From Candidatus Omnitrophota bacterium (lineage in GTDB: Bacteria > Omnitrophota > Gorgyraeia > B26-G9), in assembly GCA_043814605.1 (NCBI GenBank), contig JBDRJV010000028.1, positions 7,790 through 71,789 on the forward strand: a stretch of DNA of 64,000 nt, given 5' to 3'. The notes beneath the pieces were generated by a model, which saw only the letters and a list, made by a program, of their open reading frames with translations, searched no databases and was not told the DNA's origin. Both the position numbers and the translations under genes were made by a program. Positions 40,049 to 52,289 of this stretch are shown one piece after another. How positions within the stretch are numbered: position 1 is the stretch's first letter; every line of letters begins with the position of its first letter.

Positions 40049-41158
40049 ATGAAGATTAAAACTACAAAAAATGTTCTGGCTAACGCAGTGCAAACAGTTG
40101 AAGGAGCTGTTGCAACAAAAACAACCTTACCAATATTATCAAATATTTTAATCGAAGCACACAAGGAAAAACTCATTTTTAATGCAACCGATCTAGATAT
40201 TGGAATTATTTATCAAGCAGTAGCAGACGTTCAGGAAGAAGGCAATATTACCATCCCTGCGAAAAGATTTTCGGATATTGTCAGAGAATTACCCGAAGGG
40301 GATGTAATTATAACAGTGCGAAAAAATTATAACATGGTTATTGATTCACAAGCCTGTTCATTTCGTTTGATTGGTTTACCGAAAGAAGAATTTCCCACAA
40401 TCCCTAAATTTACAAACAAGGAAAATATTACGCTAGAGCAAAAACTATTAAAAAAATTATTAAAAAAAGTAAGTTTTTCAATGTCGCGCGATGAAACAAG
40501 GTATGTTTTAAATGGAACTCTTTTTATGTTGAAAAATAAAACATTAAGACTCGTTGCAACAGACGGGCGACGGTTAGCCTTAGTGGAAATAAAACAATCA
40601 TTAGAAATTGAAAAAAAAGAAGTGATTATCCCAGTAAAAACAATAAATGAATTAAATAAAATTTTACAAGAAGAAGGGCAAGTTAAAATAATATTTACCA
40701 ATAATCAAGTTGCTTTTGAATTTGATGGAACAACAATTATTTCGCGTTTAATCGAAGGCGAATTTCCTAATTATGAGCAAGTAATTCCGAAAACAAAAGA
40801 AAAACAGGAAAAGATTCAAATTGGGAAAAATCAAATGCTGGCGGCAGTAAAAAGAGCGAGTCTTTTTACTAGTGCAGATTCTCAATCAATAAAAATTGAT
40901 GTATTTAAAAATAAACTCGTAATTTCTAAAACAACCCCAGATATCGGCGAAGTAAAAGAAGAAATCCCCATGGAGTATAAAGGAAAAGAGATCACCGTTG
41001 GTTTTAACCCGAATTATTTATTAGATGTTTTGAAAGTATTACAGGAAGAAAATATTGACTTTGAAGTTATCGATGCAGAAAAACCCGGAGTTTTTCGTGA
41101 ATCTTTTGATGAAAAGGGCGAGTATTTATATATCGTCTTACCAATGCAATTAACTTAA
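40049..41158 (+). CDS. dnaN: DNA polymerase III beta clamp
   Basis: LPILSNIL, ATDLDI, DETRYVLNG, VATDGRRL, SRLIEGEFPNYEQVIP, GFNPNYL, VLPM. Confidence 0.98.
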   Translation: MKIKTTKNVLANAVQTVEGAVATKTTLPILSNILIEAHKEKLIFNATDLDIGIIYQAVADVQEEGNITIPAKRFSDIVRELPEGDVIITVRKNYNMVIDSQACSFRLIGLPKEEFPTIPKFTNKENITLEQKLLKKLLKKVSFSMSRDETRYVLNGTLFMLKNKTLRLVATDGRRLALVEIKQSLEIEKKEVIIPVKTINELNKILQEEGQVKIIFTNNQVAFEFDGTTIISRLIEGEFPNYEQVIPKTKEKQEKIQIGKNQMLAAVKRASLFTSADSQSIKIDVFKNKLVISKTTPDIGEVKEEIPMEYKGKEITVGFNPNYLLDVLKVLQEENIDFEVIDAEKPGVFRESFDEKGEYLYIVLPMQLT

Positions 41159-41171
41159 AAAAGTTTAAAAA

Positions 41172-41471
41172 ATGAAAAACAAAGCGGTTCTAATAAAAGA
41201 TGTTGTGGATGAGTTTTTGAATGAATTTACCCCGGAAAAACTGTCCACACAAACAAAAATAATGCATTATTGGCCGAGTATTATTCCGAAAAATGCATTG
41301 GAGCATACGCACCCTTTATTAATAAAGAATAAAACCCTGGTTGTTTTAGTTTCTAATTCAGCCTGGTTATATAGATTAACATTAGAAAAAGACAGCTTAC
41401 TAAAAAAAATACGAAGCTATACGAAAGAAACAACAATTACAAACATTCGATTTAAAATTAAAAGCAGGTAA
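41172..41471 (+). CDS. dciA: DciA / DUF721 family helicase loader
   Basis: WPSII...HTHP...LVVLVSNSAW...IRF pattern; syntenic between dnaN and gyrB. Confidence 0.8.
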   Translation: MKNKAVLIKDVVDEFLNEFTPEKLSTQTKIMHYWPSIIPKNALEHTHPLLIKNKTLVVLVSNSAWLYRLTLEKDSLLKKIRSYTKETTITNIRFKIKSR

Positions 41472-41496
41472 TGGATTAAATGAAAAATGATTTTAA

Positions 41497-44031
<2,535 letters not shown>

Positions 44032-44108
44032 CTTAAACGCAAAACATAAAGACGAAAAGCAAAAACAAAAAAAGCAAAAAAAAGAAAGATAAAGGAGCGA
44101 TAAAATAA

Positions 44109-46697
44109 ATGTATACGCAAAATGAACGTATCGTGACTGTTCCGATAGAAGAAGAAATGAAAAAATCCTACATTGATTACGCCATGAGCGTAATTGTCGG
44201 CAGGGCTTTACCGGATATCCGTGATGGCTTAAAGCCAGTGCACCGCAGAATTCTTTACGCAATGAAAGAATTAAATCTGGAACACAATAAGCCCTATAAA
44301 AAAAGCGCGAGAATTGTCGGAGAAGTTTTAGGAAAATATCACCCGCACGGCGATACAGCAGTATACGATTCTTTAGTAAGAATGGTGCAGGATTTTGCGC
44401 TGCGTTATCCATTAGTAGACGGGCAGGGGAACTTTGGTTCTATTGACGGCGATGCTGCCGCGGCAATGCGGTACACAGAAGCGCGAATGGCTTCGATAAC
44501 CCGCGAAATGCTTGTGGATATTGAAAAAGACACAGTTGATTTTACGCCTAATTTTGACGAATCACTACAAGAACCAAAAATTTTACCCGCAGCCCTGCCT
44601 GGCCTTCTGATCAATGGTTCCAGCGGAATTGCAGTAGGCATGGCCACAAATATCCCCCCGCATAATTTATCAGAAATTATTGATGCCGTAGTGTTTTTAA
44701 TCGATAACCCGGAAGCGAGCCTAAAAGATTTAATGAAAATGGTTAAGGGCCCGGATTTTCCTACCGGAGGCATTATTTGCGGCCGCGAAGGAATAAAAAA
44801 AGCCTATGAAACCGGACGCTCTCCGATTAAAGTACGGGCAAAAATCAGCATTGAAGCACAGAAAAGCGGCAAAGAATCAATAATCATCAACGAAATACCT
44901 TATCAGGTAAATAAAACCAATATTATCGAAGCGATTGTAAATCTTGTCCAGATAAAAAAAATTGAGGGGATTGCTGATGTCCGCGATGAATCTGATCGCG
45001 ACGGCATGCGGATTGTGATTGAATTAAAAAGAGATACTAATGCCCAAGTAGTTTTGAACCTGCTTTATAAACACACACAGCTTGAGACTACTTTTGGCAT
45101 TATTTTTCTTTCACTGGTTGACAACCGGCCGCGGATTTTATCTTTAAAGCAAATGCTGCAGTATTTTATTGAACACCGGAAAGAAATTATTATGCGCCGG
45201 ACAAAGTTTGAATTGCGCAAAGCACAAGAACGCGCACATATTTTAGAAGGCTTGAAAATATGCTTAGATAATTTAGATAAAGTAATTAAAACTATCCGGC
45301 AGTCAAAAAATACAGCAGAAGCAAAGATTGCCTTAATGGAAAAATTTGAATTGAGCGAAGTACAATCCCAGGCAATTTTAGAAATGCAGCTGCAGAGACT
45401 AACCGCATTAGAAAGAGAAAAAATAGAAAACGAATATTTAGACTTGATAAAAAAGATTGCGTACTTAAAATCAGTTTTAGCAGACCCCAAGAAAGTATTA
45501 GCAATAATCAAGGAAGAACTGCTCGCCTTACAAAAGAAATATGCCGACGAAAGAAGAACCCAGGTTGTTGCGCAAATTGATGAACTGGAAATAGAAGACC
45601 TAATCGCTCAAGAAGACGTGGTAATTACGCTTTCTCATGCCGGGTACATAAAAAGATTGCCCGTAAGCGCCTATCGCAAACAGCGCCGCGGCGGTAAAGG
45701 TGTTTCCGGCGCAGGTATGCGCGAAGAGGATTTTGTGGAGCATTTATTTGTGGCTTCAACACATGACTATCTGCTTGTGTTCACAGATAAAGGAAAAGTT
45801 TTTTGGGTAAAAGCGTATGAAATCCCGCAAGCTGGCCGGCTCTCCAAAGGGAAAGCAATTGTTAATCTTTTACAGTTAAGCTCAGGCGAAAAGATAAGTT
45901 CGCTGGTCCAGGTTAAAGAGTTTGCGGAAGGCCAATTTTTAATCATGGCCACACGCAAAGGACACATAAAGAAAACCGATCTTATGGCGTATAGCCATCC
46001 GCGTAAAGGCGGGATTAGTGCAATTACACTAAAAGAAAAAGACGAATTAATTGATTGTCGTTTAACAGACGGAGAGCAAGAAATCTTTTTGGCTACAAAA
46101 GAGGGAAAAGCCATTCGTTTCCCCGAAGCAAATGTGCGTTGTATGGGCCGCACTGCCGCTGGAGTCAGAGGAATTTCTTTAGCCAAAAAAGATGAAGTTG
46201 TGGGCATGGAAATTGTCAAAAAAGACGGCACCTTACTTACGGTTACAGAAAACGGCTCAGGCAAGAGAACAAAAGTAGAAGAATATCGGGTACAAAATCG
46301 CGGCGGCAAAGGCATTATTAATATTAAAACAACGGCAGCTAACGGTGCGGTAGTGGGGCTAAAGAGCGTTATTGATAGCGACGAGCTCATGCTGATCACT
46401 TCTAGCGGCATGATTGTACGCTGCGCCATAAAAGACATGCGCGCTACTGGCCGGTCCACACAAGGGGTAAGATTGATTCGGCTTAACGCGAAAGATAAGC
46501 TTGTGGCAATAGCCAGCCTTATGGTAAAAGAAGAAGAAGGGGCAGAGGAACAGGTTGTAGAAAAAAATCCAAAATTATCAATAATCCCGGGAGACCAAGA
46601 AGAAAAAGAAGATCAAGAAGATCAAGAAGATCAGGAAGATCAGGAAGAAACAAAAAAAACAAAAACCAAGAGCACAAAAAAAATAAAAAAGAAATAA
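44109..46697 (+). CDS. gyrA: DNA gyrase subunit A
   Basis: [30 protein letters not shown], GyrA box QRRGGKG. Confidence 0.99.
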   Translation: MYTQNERIVTVPIEEEMKKSYIDYAMSVIVGRALPDIRDGLKPVHRRILYAMKELNLEHNKPYKKSARIVGEVLGKYHPHGDTAVYDSLVRMVQDFALRYPLVDGQGNFGSIDGDAAAAMRYTEARMASITREMLVDIEKDTVDFTPNFDESLQEPKILPAALPGLLINGSSGIAVGMATNIPPHNLSEIIDAVVFLIDNPEASLKDLMKMVKGPDFPTGGIICGREGIKKAYETGRSPIKVRAKISIEAQKSGKESIIINEIPYQVNKTNIIEAIVNLVQIKKIEGIADVRDESDRDGMRIVIELKRDTNAQVVLNLLYKHTQLETTFGIIFLSLVDNRPRILSLKQMLQYFIEHRKEIIMRRTKFELRKAQERAHILEGLKICLDNLDKVIKTIRQSKNTAEAKIALMEKFELSEVQSQAILEMQLQRLTALEREKIENEYLDLIKKIAYLKSVLADPKKVLAIIKEELLALQKKYADERRTQVVAQIDELEIEDLIAQEDVVITLSHAGYIKRLPVSAYRKQRRGGKGVSGAGMREEDFVEHLFVASTHDYLLVFTDKGKVFWVKAYEIPQAGRLSKGKAIVNLLQLSSGEKISSLVQVKEFAEGQFLIMATRKGHIKKTDLMAYSHPRKGGISAITLKEKDELIDCRLTDGEQEIFLATKEGKAIRFPEANVRCMGRTAAGVRGISLAKKDEVVGMEIVKKDGTLLTVTENGSGKRTKVEEYRVQNRGGKGIINIKTTAANGAVVGLKSVIDSDELMLITSSGMIVRCAIKDMRATGRSTQGVRLIRLNAKDKLVAIASLMVKEEEGAEEQVVEKNPKLSIIPGDQEEKEDQEDQEDQEDQEETKKTKTKSTKKIKKK
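46608..46643 (+). repeat. Coding 9-bp tandem repeat x4 (EDQ) in the GyrA tail
   Basis: GAAGATCAA GAAGATCAA GAAGATCAG GAAGATCAG. Confidence 0.9.
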
Positions 46698-46920
46698 TAA
46701 ACACAAAAATTAATTAAACCTCCGAAAAATAAAACAGGAAAACCCTGAGTAAAGCGACTTTTTTATACTGAACAGAATATTTTTATTTGGCAATTAGTTT
46801 TATATTGCGAAGTCCCAGATAAAAATTAAAAAAGCAACTCCTGAGCACTCATTTTACTAATATTGCCAGGATTAAAAGTCAGCATAAAACCACTTTAATT
46901 AACGCTATTCTTTTCCGATA

Positions 46921-48381
46921 ATGAACAAATTAAACAATTATAAAATTGAACAAATTGATGCACAACGATTCCGCATACCTAAAACATATAAACCTGGCAT
47001 GCAAACTGATGGGATTATTTATGCTGATGAACAACTCATTGATATTGCACTTGAAGACAAAGCCATAGAGCAGCTTGCCAATATTACTTTTCTGCCAGGC
47101 ATTGTAAAAGAAGCTTTAGCCATGCCGGATCTTCATTGGGGATATGGATTCCCCATAGGTGGAGTAGCAGCTACAGATATTGATAAAAGTGGAGTAATTT
47201 CTCCCGGAGGAGTTGGTTTTGATATAAATTGTGGAGTGCGATTACTTAAAACAGGACTTTTTTACGATAATATAAGAACAAAAATTCCGGATTTAATAAA
47301 AGGATTATATCATATTGTGCCTGCAGGGGTTGGATCTGCTGGCCAGATAAAATTAAAGGAAAAACAGCTAAAAACAGTTCTAATTAAAGGAGCAAAGTGG
47401 GCAATTGAGCAAGGTTTTGGCACGCAAGCAGATTTAGAAGCAACAGAAGAACAAGGCTGTTTTAAAGGTGCAGACCCAGAGCAGGTTTCTTCCCAGGCGT
47501 ATAAAAGGGGTAGTAATCAGATTGGTACTTTAGGCTCAGGCAATCATTTTTTAGAAATTCAACTTATTGATACTATATTTGATTTAGAAATTGCGAATAA
47601 TTTACAATTAAGCAAAGGCCAAATAGTTATCATGCTGCATTCTGGGTCTAGAGGCTTTGGGCATCAAGTTTGTACAGATTATGTTAAGGTGATGCATAAT
47701 TGCTTAAGCAAATACGGATTTAATCTGCCGGATCATCAGCTGGCTTGTGCGCCAGTTCATTCAAAAGAAGGACAAGCATATTTTGCAGCAATGAAGTGCG
47801 CAGCAAATTATGCTTGGGCAAACAGGCAGGTTCTGACACAATTAACCCGAGATTTTTTTGAAAAATTTTTTAAAACAGGGCAAAACATTTTAAAAATGGA
47901 TTTAATATATGATGTTGCCCATAATATTGCTAAAATCGAGGATTATTTTATTGATAATGACCTTAAAAAACTTTGCGTGCATCGTAAAGGAGCAACGCGG
48001 GCTTTTGGCCCGGGGCATAAAGATATTCCCGCGGCTTATAAAACAATAGGGCAGCCGGTAATAATCCCTGGGGACATGGGCACTAATTCTTACCTGCTTG
48101 TGGGAACAAAAAAAGCAGAAGCACAAAGCTTTGGCTCAGCTAATCATGGTGCAGGCAGAGTTAAATCAAGATCACAAGCACTCAAAACTTTTAACCCTGA
48201 CATGATTCTTGCCAGCCTTAAGAAAAAAGGCATTGTAGTTTGTGCTGCCGCAAAAAAAACTATTATTGAAGAAGCTCCGCAAGCATACAAAGATATTAAT
48301 TCTGTTGTGGAGGTTATTCATAACGCAGGGATTGCTAAAAAAGTGTGCCGTATGCGACCGTTGGCAGTCATCAAAGGGTAA
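46921..48381 (+). CDS. rtcB: RNA 3'-phosphate/5'-OH ligase RtcB (long, archaeal-like type)
   Basis: MPDLHWGYGFPIGG, GFDINCGVR, GTLGSGNHFLE, HSGSRG, HN, HRKGAT, HGAGR, EEAPQAYK, AVIKG end. Confidence 0.97.
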   Translation: MNKLNNYKIEQIDAQRFRIPKTYKPGMQTDGIIYADEQLIDIALEDKAIEQLANITFLPGIVKEALAMPDLHWGYGFPIGGVAATDIDKSGVISPGGVGFDINCGVRLLKTGLFYDNIRTKIPDLIKGLYHIVPAGVGSAGQIKLKEKQLKTVLIKGAKWAIEQGFGTQADLEATEEQGCFKGADPEQVSSQAYKRGSNQIGTLGSGNHFLEIQLIDTIFDLEIANNLQLSKGQIVIMLHSGSRGFGHQVCTDYVKVMHNCLSKYGFNLPDHQLACAPVHSKEGQAYFAAMKCAANYAWANRQVLTQLTRDFFEKFFKTGQNILKMDLIYDVAHNIAKIEDYFIDNDLKKLCVHRKGATRAFGPGHKDIPAAYKTIGQPVIIPGDMGTNSYLLVGTKKAEAQSFGSANHGAGRVKSRSQALKTFNPDMILASLKKKGIVVCAAAKKTIIEEAPQAYKDINSVVEVIHNAGIAKKVCRMRPLAVIKG

Positions 48382-48470
48382 CATCAAGGAAGTCCTGTAA
48401 GGGCGACCGTTGGCAGTCATCAAAGGGTAACATCAAGGAAGTCCTGTCGTTGGCAGTGATAAAAGGATGA
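48354..48470 (+). repeat. Triplicated rtcB 3' end
   Basis: Identical 45-mers at 48354-48398 and 48403-48447, then CGTTGGCAGTGATAAAAGGATGA (48448-48470), which encodes the same LAVIKG* with different codons. Confidence 0.95.
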
Positions 48471-48613
48471 CACAGTTTTAGGTGTCAAGTGTTAAGTGTT
48501 AAGAAAATGCAAAGCTTAGGAAAATTTTGCTTGAGTATCTTCGACGCACGTTATAATTTATTAGAAGTAATTACTAAAAATAAAAAAGCAATAGATAGCC
48601 AAAGGGGAAAAAT

Positions 48614-49897
48614 ATGCTAGACATAAAATTAATCCGCGAACAGCCAAATCTTGTAATCAATTCTATACAAAATCGTAATTTAAAAATCGACATTACTCAA
48701 TTACTTGAGCTGGATAAACAATGGCGGCAAATAAATTCAGAAGCAGAACAATTAAAAAACCAAAGAAATACAGCATCTGATGAAATGGCTGTATTAATAA
48801 AACAAAAACAAGATGTTTCTCAGAAAAGAACAGCTTTAAAGATATTATCCCAAAAAACAAAGGAAATGGATCGAATCAGTGGAGAGATAAAGCAGAAAAT
48901 TGACGATTTATTGATCTACATCCCAAATATCCCGCACAAATCAGTTCCTATAGGAAAAGATGCCAGTGCTAATGTTGAAATTAAAGCCTGGGGGCAAATT
49001 AAAAAATTTAGTTTTTCTGCTCAGACACATCTTGAGCTTAGCGAAGAGCTTAATATCATTGACTTTGAAAGAGCGACAAAAGTGACCGGTTCTAATTTTG
49101 TTATGTTCAAAGGGGCAGGGGCCATGCTTGAGAGAGCACTAATAAACTTCATGTTGGGATTACATACGCAAAAACACGGGTTTATTGAGATTTCCCCTCC
49201 ATTTATTGTTAATAGGGCCAGCATGACTGGGACTGGACAGCTGCCAAAGCTTGAGGAGGATATGTATAAAACAACCGAGGATGATTTTTTCCTTATCCCT
49301 ACAGCTGAAGTACCAGTAACAAATATACATAGAGATGAAATTCTGAATGAAACAGATCTGCCTATTTACTATACAGCATATACACCTTGTTTTCGCAGAG
49401 AGGCAGGCTCCTACGGAAAGGATACTCGTGGTTTATTACGAGTTCATCAATTTGATAAAGTGGAATTAGTTAAGTTTGTAAAACCGGAAAGCTCTTATCC
49501 GGAACTTGAATCTTTATTAGCTTGTGCTGAAAAAGTGTTACAATTACTCGAACTGCCTTACCGGGTTTTGTGCTTATCTACGGGAGATATTAGTTTTGCT
49601 GCCGCAAAATGCTATGATATTGAAGTCTGGGCCCCAGGCGTAGAAAAATGGCTGGAAGTTTCCAGTTGCAGTAATTTTGAAGATTTTCAGGCGCGCCGCG
49701 CGAACATTCGTTTTAAAAACATTCAAACCAAAAAAGTTCAGTATGTTCATACTTTGAACGGATCAGGCGTCGCCTTAGCCAGAACAGTAGTTGCAATTAT
49801 AGAAAACTATCAGCAAGAGAGCGGCTCAATCCTTGTCCCGGAGGTTTTGCGTCCGTTCATGAACGGAATGGAAGAAATTGAACCCAGGGAGAAATAA
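48614..49897 (+). CDS. serS: Serine--tRNA ligase
   Basis: [48 protein letters not shown]. Confidence 0.98.
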   Translation: MLDIKLIREQPNLVINSIQNRNLKIDITQLLELDKQWRQINSEAEQLKNQRNTASDEMAVLIKQKQDVSQKRTALKILSQKTKEMDRISGEIKQKIDDLLIYIPNIPHKSVPIGKDASANVEIKAWGQIKKFSFSAQTHLELSEELNIIDFERATKVTGSNFVMFKGAGAMLERALINFMLGLHTQKHGFIEISPPFIVNRASMTGTGQLPKLEEDMYKTTEDDFFLIPTAEVPVTNIHRDEILNETDLPIYYTAYTPCFRREAGSYGKDTRGLLRVHQFDKVELVKFVKPESSYPELESLLACAEKVLQLLELPYRVLCLSTGDISFAAAKCYDIEVWAPGVEKWLEVSSCSNFEDFQARRANIRFKNIQTKKVQYVHTLNGSGVALARTVVAIIENYQQESGSILVPEVLRPFMNGMEEIEPREK

Positions 49898-49902
49898 AGG
49901 AT

Positions 49903-50160
49903 AAACCCTGACGGCTCATAGCAAAAACTAAATAGCTCGTAGGTTATAAGCATGGAAAGCATGCTTAGGTTGTGGAAAAAGGTGAGCGGTTGCGATGCCC
50001 CCTCCACAATGCTTGGCGGGCAGGCGTATCGGTTCAAAAAGGCAGCGGTAACGGCTTGAAGCAGCAGAGTCAGAAGTAAAAATCAGATTTAGCTTACGAT
50101 TAAATAAGTCGCAGCTAAAAGATTAATAACTAAACACTACAAGCATGTCTAGGTGTTTGT
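49903..50160. repeat. Structured intergenic element: heptamer-like arms and second copy of the 21-bp palindrome (weak 6S-RNA-like motifs)
   Basis: TAAGCATG-GAAAG-CATGCTTA (49947-49967) is 20/21 identical to the reverse complement of 29700-29720; GC-rich hairpin CCCTCCA...TGGCGGG follows. Confidence 0.6.
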
Positions 50161-50189
50161 TGATCGCAAAGAAGGATTTTTAATAATAC

Positions 50190-50879
50190 ATGCTGATTCG
50201 TTTTTTAAAAATGCTAGTCGGAATTATGTTATTGCCTTTTTGTGTGGGGGAAAGCATTGCCTTTTTTTATTTTTTAGGCCAAGTCGAGAATATCCAGTCT
50301 TTCGCGGCTTTAAGCAATACACAAATATTTTTTTTTGCAGGTATTTCTACCTATATTGTTTTATTCTTTTCCGGGCTGAAATTGAAAATTTTGTATATCT
50401 TTGCCCATGAAGCTGCACATGCTGTGTTTACGCTGCTTAGCGGTGGCAAAGTAAAAGCATTCCATGTTTCAAAAAACGGCGGCAGTGTGACAACCACAAA
50501 AACAAATGTTTTTATTAGTCTGGGGCCGTATTTTTTCCCTTTTTATACGCTTCTTGCGGCCGCGGTATTTTTTATCACCGGTATTTTTTATAAAAATATT
50601 TCTCAATACACTAATCATTTTATTTATTTTATTGGGTTAAGCATCGCGTTTCATTTTTTAATGACCGTGCGCACTTTAAAAACCGAGCAGTCTGATGTGG
50701 TGGGAAACGGATATTTATTTTCATTAACGATAATATATCTGGCCAATGTAGCTATTCTTGCGGGGATGCTAAGCCTTGTTTTTCGAGAATTGAGTTTTGT
50801 CGATTTTTTTAACCGATTTGTTTTTCATTCTCAGGAAGTAATTTTATTTATTTGGCGTAAAATACCTCGAGCAGCATAA
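50190..50879 (+). CDS. Membrane protein with HExxH, M50B-like metallopeptidase
   Basis: FAHEAAHA...GGKV...GGSV...ISLGPYFFP; multiple TMs. Confidence 0.7.
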   Translation: MLIRFLKMLVGIMLLPFCVGESIAFFYFLGQVENIQSFAALSNTQIFFFAGISTYIVLFFSGLKLKILYIFAHEAAHAVFTLLSGGKVKAFHVSKNGGSVTTTKTNVFISLGPYFFPFYTLLAAAVFFITGIFYKNISQYTNHFIYFIGLSIAFHFLMTVRTLKTEQSDVVGNGYLFSLTIIYLANVAILAGMLSLVFRELSFVDFFNRFVFHSQEVILFIWRKIPRAA

Positions 50880-50899
50880 CACGTTATAAATAAAGAAGC

Positions 50900-52270
50900 T
50901 CAAATAACTTTTAAAGGATCAATGCCTAATTCTTCGGGATCAATCACTGCGGCAACAGAATCTCCGGAAACATTTTTTATTCTATCAGAGAGGTTTAAAA
51001 TAATCGGCTCCGAGACAAAATCCCCAGATGCATCTAAAACAATTTTTACTTCCGGTAAAAGCAAGGCTTGCGGGTAGACTTTTTGTACAATCGCAATTTC
51101 TTGCGTTGTGAGCCGCACAAAAGTTCCCGGGGGGTACACTCCGATCATTTGCGCAAAGAGTTTAAAAAACTGCGGGTCAAAATCACAGCCAATACAACGC
51201 ATCATAATCGATAAAACTTTATCCGCAGCCATAGATTTTTTATAGGAACGCTTGCTGGTGATTGCATCATAAACATCACAAATCGTTACAATTAGAGATA
51301 AGGGGTGTAACGCTTCGATCCCTTTAATATTAGGGTATCCGCTTAAGTCATATTTCATATGGTGTTCTAAGGCAATAAAGATTGAGAGCGTATCTGGCTT
51401 GGCTTGTTGTTCAAGTATTTTTACCCCAAAAAGCGGATGACATTTTATAATTTGCCATTCTTCTTCGGTCAACTTTGCCGGCTTATTAATTATTGCCAGC
51501 GGAACTTTTGTTTTCCCGATATCATGTAAAAAGGCTGCCCGGGCTAAATTTTTTAAAATCACAGCATCGTCAATAACATTGGCAGCTAAGGCAACAGAAA
51601 GGATCGCAACATTAGCCGAATGGGTAAAAGTATACTCGTCGTAATTCTGCAAAGAGGTAAATGCTAAAGAAGAAACATTATTTTTAATAACCATATCTGT
51701 AATATTTTGCGAAACCGTATCTACAACATCCATAGGAAGCGTATTGCTTGTTTGCAGAGCAGAATAAATTAATTTATTGGCTTCAATGCTTCCGGCATAA
51801 AGCTTATTAACCGGCAAGATGTTCTCTGCGGAACCTTCGGCTTCAGAACTTTTGCTATTAAAAACTATATTTTTAACGCCGAGCGCCACCAATTCTTCCT
51901 GTAGTGCGGCAGCTTCCTTAGGCAGAGTTTTATCAATGAGCCGCGTAATTGCCTTAAATAAATTTTCTGCAGTAAGCCCGCTGGCAAAATAAATACATTT
52001 TATTTTGCGCAATTCTAAGAGTTGGATAGTTTTTTCACTGAATTGTTTTAGTTCGTATAAAGGGATTCCATCAAACACAAATTGATGTTCAGCAATATCA
52101 ATATAGAGATCATCAACTTTTTCAAACAATTTTTGCAAACCGGCAAAGGTGTGCATTGTTTGTTCCTGCACGCTGGGATGCAGGGCCGGATAAAGGCTGG
52201 CTTCGGTAATTAGGAGAGAGAAGTTTTTCGTGAAGGTTTTAACTAAATTTTTTATAGTTAACTGGTTCAT
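50900..52270 (-). CDS. HD-GYP cyclic dinucleotide phosphodiesterase
   Basis: YTFTHSANV, LHDIGK, KPAKLTEEEW, HP, EHH...SGYP, DVYDAITSKRSYK; start ATG 52270. Confidence 0.92.
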   Translation of the reverse strand: MNQLTIKNLVKTFTKNFSLLITEASLYPALHPSVQEQTMHTFAGLQKLFEKVDDLYIDIAEHQFVFDGIPLYELKQFSEKTIQLLELRKIKCIYFASGLTAENLFKAITRLIDKTLPKEAAALQEELVALGVKNIVFNSKSSEAEGSAENILPVNKLYAGSIEANKLIYSALQTSNTLPMDVVDTVSQNITDMVIKNNVSSLAFTSLQNYDEYTFTHSANVAILSVALAANVIDDAVILKNLARAAFLHDIGKTKVPLAIINKPAKLTEEEWQIIKCHPLFGVKILEQQAKPDTLSIFIALEHHMKYDLSGYPNIKGIEALHPLSLIVTICDVYDAITSKRSYKKSMAADKVLSIMMRCIGCDFDPQFFKLFAQMIGVYPPGTFVRLTTQEIAIVQKVYPQALLLPEVKIVLDASGDFVSEPIILNLSDRIKNVSGDSVAAVIDPEELGIDPLKVI

Positions 52271-52289
52271 ATCACCCTTTTTATTTTTT

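Noticed and set aside
45767-46459. 230-aa ORF antisense to gyrA, and the many other 60-175 aa antisense or overlapping ORFs in the track
   Set aside because: They lie opposite or inside well-supported genes, lack recognisable motifs, and are expected shadows of codon bias.
46787-46810. sigma54 promoter upstream of rtcB (TTGGCA...TTGC)
   Set aside because: The spacing between GG and GC is too long for a -24/-12 promoter, and no rtcR is adjacent.
48354-48470. Possible mini CRISPR array
   Set aside because: The repeat is the rtcB coding end, the intervening sequences are not unique spacers, and no cas genes are present.
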